Below are positions 1-5,930 of a stretch of DNA of 38,796 nt, piece by piece. The notes beneath the pieces were generated by a model. It was not told the origin of the DNA. It did no database searches and saw only the letters and a program-made list of their open reading frames with translations. The first letter of the stretch is position 1. Each line of letters opens with the position of its first letter. The position numbers were made by a program, and so were the translations under genes. Origin of the DNA: an uncultured bacterium (GTDB lineage Bacteria; UBP7; UBA6624). The stretch is taken from the NCBI GenBank assembly GCA_964012435.1, contig CAXGSM010000013.1, forward strand, positions 1-38,796. Direction: 5' to 3'.

Positions 1-1
1 T

Positions 2-55
2 GCACGAATCGCAGCAGAAGAGGAAGCTGCAAGGATCGCTGCTGAGGAAGAGGCT
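2..55 (+). repeat. Imperfect 27-nt repeat encoding ARIAAEEEA x2 (charged helical repeat, probably continuing upstream)
   Basis: gcacgaatcgcagcagaagaggaagct followed by gcaaggatcgctgctgaggaagaggct: identical peptide, synonymous nucleotide differences. Confidence 0.8.
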
Positions 56-1639
56 CTTTTGGAAGAAGAGGAAGAGGCAGAAGATGAACTTATTGAAGAA
101 GAAGAGATTGCACTTGATGAGGATTGGGAAGATTTTTCATTACCTGAACCAGATCAGGATGACTACAAAATAAGTCCTATAAAGGTTAACATTGATTACA
201 CTGGTCCTATCCAGGATGTTTTAAGAAATTTGGCTTTGCAAGCTGGTGTTGGTGTGATTTTCGATCAAACCGCTCTTACAGGTGCTCTTGGCACGACAAT
301 TAGTCTTTCTTTACCACCTGTAGATTTTGATACTGCATTAGACACTATCGTAAGAAGTGCTGGTCTTGAGTACAGGGTTAGGAATAGTGATGCAGGTGTT
401 CCAATTGTTATTATTGGTGATAGAACTGAGATAGAAACTAAATATGGTTTAGATGTTATAAAAATCATTCAAATTGATTATGCTAACCCAACATTATTAT
501 TCTCAATATTAGGCCAGTTAGATATGGCTCCAGGTGCTTTTGCTTATTACATGGGCCCAATGGGAGGAGGAAACATGGGCGGCGGCGGCGGCGGCTTCGG
601 CGGCGGCGGTAGCGGCTTCGGCGGCGGCGGTAGTGGCGGCTTCGGCGGTTTTTCTTCAACATTACCTGATTATTCCCCAACTCAGTTTGGTGGTTTGCCA
701 GGTGGCGGAGGCGGCGGCGGCGGTCTTGGCGGCGGCGGTCTTGGTGGAGGAGGCGGCGGCTTCGGCGGCGGCGGCGGCGGCTTCGGCGGCGGCGGTGGTC
801 AGGGCGGCAGTATATTCCCTGCTAAAGGTAATAAACTTATCCTTAGAGGTACTCCTGAACTTATTGAAACTATCGAAGATATGATTAGAAAACTAGATAA
901 ACCTCCAAGGCAGGTTGATATCCAGGTTCAAATGTTTACTCTTGATCACGGTATAACAAAGAGTTTTGGTTTGTCTAGTGACCCATCTCAAAACCAAGCT
1001 GTTTGGGATCGTTTTCAGTTAACATTTGGAACTTCAGTATCTTTAGCAATATTGGGAAGAAATAATGGTACTAATTTGGAAGATTACACTGCTGCTCTTT
1101 CTGCAGCTTTGAATAAAAACCAAGGAAGAGTTCTTTCAACTCCAAGAGTTGTCTGCTCTGATGGTATTCCTTGTTTCGTAAATATTCAACAATCAACTCC
1201 TTTTATAACAACTTCAACTGTTTTCGTTCCTGATGGAAATGGTGGAACTACGATTACTGAAAACACAACTGTTAATCAGGTTGACACAGGTGTACAGTTA
1301 CAGTTAACACCTAATATTGACGATGAAGGCAGGGTTACGCTTTTCCTATCTCCGTCCTTCTCTGAGATTACAGGTTTTATAACTGTTCCAGGTCAAGCTG
1401 GAAGTGAAGTTCCTGCTACTGCAAATAACTCAGTTCAAACTCTTGTTGTTCTAAAAGACGGTGAGACATTGGTTTTGGGTGGTCTTTCAAGAGAGAATGT
1501 TGCTACTTCAATCAATAAGTTCCCTTGGTTGGGTGATGTTCCGATTTTAGGAAAATTATTTACTAAAACTGATACAAATACAACAGATCAGGAAGTTTTA
1601 TTCTTGATTACAGTGAGGTTGATTAACAGTCAAAACTAG
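2..1639 (+). CDS. Secretin (PilQ/GspD family), 5'-truncated by the window edge
   Basis: The frame is open back to nt 2 (ARIAAEEEAARIAAEEEALLEEEE...), so the TTG at 59 is probably not the start. It has an N0/STN-like segment (IQDVLRNLALQAG...DFDTALDTIVRSAGL), an N3 segment (IDYANP...NKLILRGTPELIETIEDMIRKLDKPPRQVDIQV) and a secretin core (VLSTPRVV, DTGVQLQLTPNI, LKDGETLVLGGL, KFPWLGDVPILGKLF). It lies next to pilMNO-like genes. Confidence 0.93.
   Translation, partial: ARIAAEEEAARIAAEEEALLEEEEEAEDELIEEEEIALDEDWEDFSLPEPDQDDYKISPIKVNIDYTGPIQDVLRNLALQAGVGVIFDQTALTGALGTTISLSLPPVDFDTALDTIVRSAGLEYRVRNSDAGVPIVIIGDRTEIETKYGLDVIKIIQIDYANPTLLFSILGQLDMAPGAFAYYMGPMGGGNMGGGGGGFGGGGSGFGGGGSGGFGGFSSTLPDYSPTQFGGLPGGGGGGGGLGGGGLGGGGGGFGGGGGGFGGGGGQGGSIFPAKGNKLILRGTPELIETIEDMIRKLDKPPRQVDIQVQMFTLDHGITKSFGLSSDPSQNQAVWDRFQLTFGTSVSLAILGRNNGTNLEDYTAALSAALNKNQGRVLSTPRVVCSDGIPCFVNIQQSTPFITTSTVFVPDGNGGTTITENTTVNQVDTGVQLQLTPNIDDEGRVTLFLSPSFSEITGFITVPGQAGSEVPATANNSVQTLVVLKDGETLVLGGLSRENVATSINKFPWLGDVPILGKLFTKTDTNTTDQEVLFLITVRLINSQN
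551..809 (+). repeat. (GGC)n-rich low-complexity tract encoding a Gly/Phe-rich loop in the secretin N3 domain
   Basis: Two GGC-dominated blocks encode GGGGGGFGGGGSGFGGGGSGGFGGF and GGGGGGGGLGGGGLGGGGGGFGGGGGGFGGGGGQGG, separated by SSTLPDYSPTQFGGLP. Confidence 0.95.
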
Positions 1640-1643
1640 ATAA

Positions 1644-3038
1644 ATGGCATTTAAGTTTCTAAAAAATAAAAAGAAAGAATCACCTGGTGATTCAAAACCT
1701 AAAGCTCCAGCTAAAAAAGGTGGTCTTTTTGCAAAATTTGCAAAAAATAAAACCAACAAAAAAGGTGAAGCAAAAAAGGTAGAAAAGCCAAAGAAAGCAA
1801 AAATAAACAAGAAATCTGTTGTTGGTTTTGATTTTCAAGATAACTCAATCAGGGTTGTCCAAATGACCAAGAAGAAAAAAGAGATGGTGCTAGAGAGAGC
1901 AGCATTTATACCTATGGACGGCAGTGTTTGGAAGATGGGTAGAATCCAAGACCAAGCTAAATTCTTAGAGGCTCTTAAAAAAGGTTTAGAAGATGCTGGC
2001 ATAAATGGTCAAAAGGCTGTTGTTGGTTTGTCTGGAACCAACTCTGTTGTTAGGGTTGTAAGGTTGCCTAGGTTAACGAAAGCTCAACTTAAGGAAACTA
2101 TAAATGTACAACTTGGTCAATATGTTCCATTTCCACCAGAAGATACTTTATTTAAATATGAAACTTTAAGAGACATACTTGAAGATGAGATGGAGAAGCA
2201 AGAAGTGATGATTGTTGCAACAAGATATTCAATTCTTGATCCAATACTCATGGCTTTACAGCAACTTAATATGGATCCTGTTGGAGTTAAGGTTGGTTTT
2301 TTATCAGCAACAAACGTTCTTTCTAGATATTTTGAAGACTACTCTCAATCAGTTGCTATAGTTGATTTGAGAAATGCTATAACCGACATACTTTTTGTTT
2401 CTGGATCCAACGATGATTTAGATATGGATATGGATGAAGGTGCTAAGAAGAAGAAAAAAGTAAAATCTTTGCCATTAACTCCAGGAAGGCTTTCAAGAAC
2501 CATTGAGTTTGGTTATGAAAAAGTAATTCGAGATTTTGCAGATCAGTTGCCTGATGGCACCACTGTAAAAGATCTTCCAGAAATTTTCAGAATGACTGAT
2601 GTAGATTTGCTTGATTCAACCTCTTCAGATTCTGAAGATGATTCACAAGAGAACGATCCTTTTGCATCTTTTGGAAATGATGAGAAAGTTGAAGAGTCTT
2701 CTGATGATGACGATTCAAACTTGCCTTCTTCAGCTGATGTGAATAATGCTTTGCGAAAGGTTTTTGATAATTTTGCTTCAGATATAGATTCAAGTAAAAG
2801 ATACTTTGAATCATGGTCTAGAAGTAGGGAAAGGTTAGGCAGGGTTGTTTTAATAGGTAACATAAGAAGATTTAATAACATTGATGCTTATCTAAGTGAA
2901 AAAAGTGGCTTGGATGTTGTTTTAGGAGATCCACTTGAGAATATTGATTATGGATCAACAGAATGGTTTCCTGACAAGATGAGAGGCGCTGTTTACGAGA
3001 TTGCAACTGCTGTTTCTTTAGCAACGGAGGCTTTATAG
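1644..3038 (+). CDS. pilM: Type IV pilus assembly protein PilM-like (actin/FtsA fold)
   Basis: VVGFDF..SIRVV, AVVGLSG..SVVRVVRLP, QYVPFP.ED..FKYE and EVMIVAT are typical PilM segments; it lies directly upstream of a PilN-like gene. Confidence 0.85.
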   Translation: MAFKFLKNKKKESPGDSKPKAPAKKGGLFAKFAKNKTNKKGEAKKVEKPKKAKINKKSVVGFDFQDNSIRVVQMTKKKKEMVLERAAFIPMDGSVWKMGRIQDQAKFLEALKKGLEDAGINGQKAVVGLSGTNSVVRVVRLPRLTKAQLKETINVQLGQYVPFPPEDTLFKYETLRDILEDEMEKQEVMIVATRYSILDPILMALQQLNMDPVGVKVGFLSATNVLSRYFEDYSQSVAIVDLRNAITDILFVSGSNDDLDMDMDEGAKKKKKVKSLPLTPGRLSRTIEFGYEKVIRDFADQLPDGTTVKDLPEIFRMTDVDLLDSTSSDSEDDSQENDPFASFGNDEKVEESSDDDDSNLPSSADVNNALRKVFDNFASDIDSSKRYFESWSRSRERLGRVVLIGNIRRFNNIDAYLSEKSGLDVVLGDPLENIDYGSTEWFPDKMRGAVYEIATAVSLATEAL

Positions 3039-3041
3039 GTT

Positions 3042-3977
3042 ATGTCGAAGCAATTAAAAGTATTCAATTTGTTGCCACGTGAGTTTACTGTTAAGAAAAC
3101 TTCTGTATCTATCATCAAATGGGTTACAGTTTTGGCTTTTTGTGGAGGCTATTACGGTTTTACAATTTTAAAAGATTTGGATCAACAAATTTCTGCTAAG
3201 AATCAAGAGTTGCAAAGTGTTAAAAGGGAGCAAACCGCACCTAGAACTTGGAACCTAAACACAAGCCCAGATGTTTTAGAAGTCGTTTGTAATACTATGG
3301 CAGGTGAATGGGATGGCATAGAAACTAATCCCCCTTCCGTTGGAAAGTGTTCAAGATCTTATTCATACCAAAAAGATGCAACATTATTTGATTCTGAAAA
3401 AACAACATACAACACCATGAGACCTAAGGTTTATGCCGTCACCTTGCTTGGTGCAACTCAATTTCCTTGGGAAGTTTTACTTGACGAAATTAGAACCTTG
3501 ATACCAAAAAATGTTTGGTTATCTCAAAGAGCTGGAAATGGTAATAACCCTGTTGGTGTTACAGTTGAAGATATGACAAATGTTTCTATTTTCGGTCAAT
3601 CTATAACAGAAGAAGATATATATAAGTTTGCTAAAGCAATTCAAGCGAGTAAGTTTTTCAACCCAGGTACTTTGCAGTTTTCTTGGTCTTATGCTGTTGA
3701 TGTCGATCCTAATTTTGTTGCACAGCAGCAAGCAGGTTCTGCTGGCGGCGCTCTTCAGCAGCTAACTGCTTATTTTGAAGCTAAGCCAGATGTTACTTTT
3801 TTGTACAATTTTGAAATGAAATTCGATATAAGTGCTGAACTTATGGATAGTCAGGCTATCCAAAATCAACTCGAAGCAGCTATGGGTCGAGGTGATGTTG
3901 CTGGTAGCGCACCACCACCTGCTGGAGGAATGCCTGGCGGCGGCATGGGCATGGGCATGGGAGTTGGAGGTCAGTAA
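3042..3977 (+). CDS. pilN: PilN-like bitopic assembly protein
   Basis: N-terminal VFNLLP matches the PilM-binding INLLP motif of PilN. It is followed by one TM helix, a coiled coil, and WEVLLDEIRTLIPKNVWL...VSIFGQS...IYKFAKAIQASKFF, the PilN core pattern. Confidence 0.85.
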   Translation: MSKQLKVFNLLPREFTVKKTSVSIIKWVTVLAFCGGYYGFTILKDLDQQISAKNQELQSVKREQTAPRTWNLNTSPDVLEVVCNTMAGEWDGIETNPPSVGKCSRSYSYQKDATLFDSEKTTYNTMRPKVYAVTLLGATQFPWEVLLDEIRTLIPKNVWLSQRAGNGNNPVGVTVEDMTNVSIFGQSITEEDIYKFAKAIQASKFFNPGTLQFSWSYAVDVDPNFVAQQQAGSAGGALQQLTAYFEAKPDVTFLYNFEMKFDISAELMDSQAIQNQLEAAMGRGDVAGSAPPPAGGMPGGGMGMGMGVGGQ

Positions 3978-4864
3978 TGTTTTTTAAGAAAAAAGATGAA
4001 GGACCTAAGATTGTTGGAGGTGTTCAGATTGAAGCTGGTGCATCAACCCAAGAATCAAGAAAAAATAAAGAAGGCAAATATATAGGATTTGTTGTATTGA
4101 CAATTATGTTGGTTGGCGGTGGCTGGTATTATTTTGAATCCGGTATGAAAAAACCAAAAGTCGATGAAATAACTTCAATAGAAAGCAATATAACAAGCGA
4201 AAGACAAAGAACTGGAGAAATGAAACAAAAAAGTACTGAAGTCCATGAGCTTATTGATCTAAATGATGTTTATGAAGAGAAATGGCAAGAGGCTTTGCCG
4301 ATGTTTTTTAAAGATAATTGGGACATTCAAGACAATTTTTTTGGTGCTATTAATACAGCATGTCAAATAACAGGTTTAGCATGTCAGCTTATTTCAGTTG
4401 AATGGGAAGAAAAAGGAAGAGAGGAGATCCCAGACCAATGGTCAATTCCTAGAGTAACTGAGGTATTTGGACCCGGTAGTTACAATTTTGGGAGCGTGGG
4501 TCCACGTATTGAAGGAAACATGCTCATAAATAAACTACCATTTGTAATGGTAGCAGCTGGAACATATGACAAGGTCCAACGCCTTCCTTCCATATTAAAC
4601 AGAGAGGGAGAGTATTTTCTTGGTGCTTACCAATTAGCGTTATCTTTTTATCAAACTGGTAGCTCTGGTTTCACAATAAGACCTGTTGGTACCTGGGAAG
4701 CAGCAGTGATTGAGGGTTCTGCTTATTATATTTCAGATGAAGGAACCCCCAATCAGGACCCACGTTCCTTTATTCCAGATGCTTCTGGTGGAAATAACCA
4801 ACCTACTGGCGGTGGTGGTTCTGGTGATGGAACAATGGGTAGAGGATTTGGTCCATCTGGTTAA
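3977..4864 (+). CDS. PilO-like bitopic assembly protein (divergent)
   Basis: Overlaps the pilN stop (TAATG). One TM helix (YIGFVVLTIMLVGGGWYYF), a coiled coil, and KLPFVMVAAGTYDKVQRL resembling the PilO 'LPI.l...G.Y..l..F' motif. Confidence 0.65.
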   Translation: MFFKKKDEGPKIVGGVQIEAGASTQESRKNKEGKYIGFVVLTIMLVGGGWYYFESGMKKPKVDEITSIESNITSERQRTGEMKQKSTEVHELIDLNDVYEEKWQEALPMFFKDNWDIQDNFFGAINTACQITGLACQLISVEWEEKGREEIPDQWSIPRVTEVFGPGSYNFGSVGPRIEGNMLINKLPFVMVAAGTYDKVQRLPSILNREGEYFLGAYQLALSFYQTGSSGFTIRPVGTWEAAVIEGSAYYISDEGTPNQDPRSFIPDASGGNNQPTGGGGSGDGTMGRGFGPSG

Positions 4865-4872
4865 AATGATAA

Positions 4873-4891
4873 TTAGTTATAATTTAACTAA
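4873..4891. promoter_or_regulatory. Palindrome TTAGTTA-N5-TAACTAA overlapping a perfect TATAAT (4878-4883): candidate operator/internal promoter
   Basis: Perfect 7-bp inverted repeat in the largest intergenic gap of the pil cluster. No convincing -35 element. Confidence 0.35.
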
Positions 4892-4900
4892 ATAATTTTT

Positions 4901-4907
4901 AGGAGGT
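4901..4907 (+). promoter_or_regulatory. Strong Shine-Dalgarno site AGGAGGT for the small ORF at 4916
   Basis: AGGAGGT lies 8 nt upstream of the ATG at 4916. Confidence 0.8.
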
Positions 4908-4915
4908 TAGCAAAA

Positions 4916-5071
4916 ATGCAGGTTGACAACAAAGTTGCAGCAGTCGTAATTATTGTGGTAGTTGCTGCTCTATATTTTGTCATGAACGGTAAAGCGGATT
5001 CAGCTGAAGCGGCTACAGAAAGTGGAAACGCATCAGCTCCAAATACCGGTATGATGGTCTCTCCATTTTAG
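4916..5071 (+). CDS. Small single-pass membrane protein, 51 aa (missing from the ORF track)
   Basis: Manual translation: MQVDNKVAAVVIIVVVAALYFVMNGKADSAEAATESGNASAPNTGMMVSPF. It has a perfect SD, a hydrophobic helix, and helps fill the pilO to pilP-like gap. Confidence 0.8.
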   Translation: MQVDNKVAAVVIIVVVAALYFVMNGKADSAEAATESGNASAPNTGMMVSPF

Positions 5072-5077
5072 TTTCCC

Positions 5078-5194
5078 ATGGGAGAAATTAATTGGAAACT
5101 GGTAATCATTTTAGGTGTTTTAACACTGGTGATTGTATATTTTGTTGCTGGAGGCAACACAGAACCTTCTGTTCCAAGACAATTTGGCAGATAG
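5078..5194 (+). CDS. Small single-pass membrane protein, 38 aa (missing from the ORF track)
   Basis: Manual translation: MGEINWKLVIILGVLTLVIVYFVAGGNTEPSVPRQFGR. It starts 6 nt after the previous stop, and its TM helix ends YFVAGG, like YFVMNG in the neighbour. Confidence 0.65.
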   Translation: MGEINWKLVIILGVLTLVIVYFVAGGNTEPSVPRQFGR

Positions 5195-5216
5195 TTCATA
5201 AATTTGAGGTGAAATA

Positions 5217-5909
5217 ATGAAACGAAGCGCTCTTGTTCTTTTGGTTTTAGCTTTTGTAGCTGGCGAATATGCCGATGAAGCTCAAGGTTTAAGACAGTTA
5301 AATATTAGGTCTGGTGTTATAGATTTGAAATTTGCTTATTTTCAGGAGAGAAGAAGCGAGGAGCAAGGGCCTGAGTTTTATAAGTTTGATCCATTTGTAA
5401 TCCCTTCATCAATACCTGCTGAACTTTTGCCAGACAAGCAGTCTAAGACACAACCCGAAGCGATTCTTGCTTCCTCTGCGGCACAGGTTGCAATAGGTTT
5501 TAGATTCATGATTGATATTGTAGGAGTTATGGGTTTTAACGGTAATTTACAAGCTGTTTTTCAAGACAAAGGCAGTGGTTCAACAAATTTGTTTAGTGAG
5601 GGTTCTAAGCTTGGTCCGTTTGGCGTTGGTCAAGATTTCAACCCTGAAACAAACACAATGAGAACAACAATGGGTGTTATTGAAGTCGGGACAATCTCTC
5701 CAACAGTGGTTGAAGTTCGTTTTGGCGCTTATTTTGAAGATGATCCAACAATGATAATATGGCGAAACGATGTTTTTTATCTAAGATCCCCTCTTGAGGA
5801 TTTGATGTTTGGTAATATTGGCGGTAATGATGGCGGCGGCGGAGGCGGTCGAGGCGGCGGCGGAGGCGGTCGAGGCGGCGGCGGAGGCGGCGGCGGCGGA
5901 AGAAGATAG
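5217..5909 (+). CDS. PilP-like periplasmic protein without a lipobox, with an RGG-type Gly tail
   Basis: SD GAGGTG at 5206-5211; N-terminal hydrophobic segment; YKFDPFVIP resembles the PilP 'RDPF' motif; DIVGVMG...QAVFQD...NLFSEGSKLG...GVIEVGTISPTVVEV resembles the PilP/GspC-HR beta domain; position follows pilO. Confidence 0.55.
   Translation: MKRSALVLLVLAFVAGEYADEAQGLRQLNIRSGVIDLKFAYFQERRSEEQGPEFYKFDPFVIPSSIPAELLPDKQSKTQPEAILASSAAQVAIGFRFMIDIVGVMGFNGNLQAVFQDKGSGSTNLFSEGSKLGPFGVGQDFNPETNTMRTTMGVIEVGTISPTVVEVRFGAYFEDDPTMIIWRNDVFYLRSPLEDLMFGNIGGNDGGGGGGRGGGGGGRGGGGGGGGGRR
5832..5900 (+). repeat. 21-bp tandem repeat (GGCGGCGGCGGAGGCGGTCGA) x2 plus a partial copy, encoding (GGGGGGR)n
   Basis: Exact units at 5832-5852 and 5853-5873, then a partial third unit and further GGC codons. 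Confidence 0.95.
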
Positions 5910-5930
5910 CCCAAAGAACATTCACCGTTT

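Noticed and set aside
483..884. ORFs 483..680 (-, poly-Arg) and 534..884 (+, poly-Ala)
   Set aside because: They are alternative-frame readings of the stop-free GGC tract within the secretin gene.
4916..5194. Microproteins as type IV or Flp pilins
   Set aside because: Neither has a class III signal (Gly at -1, hydrophobic +1, Glu at +5) or the Flp EY motif before the hydrophobic helix.
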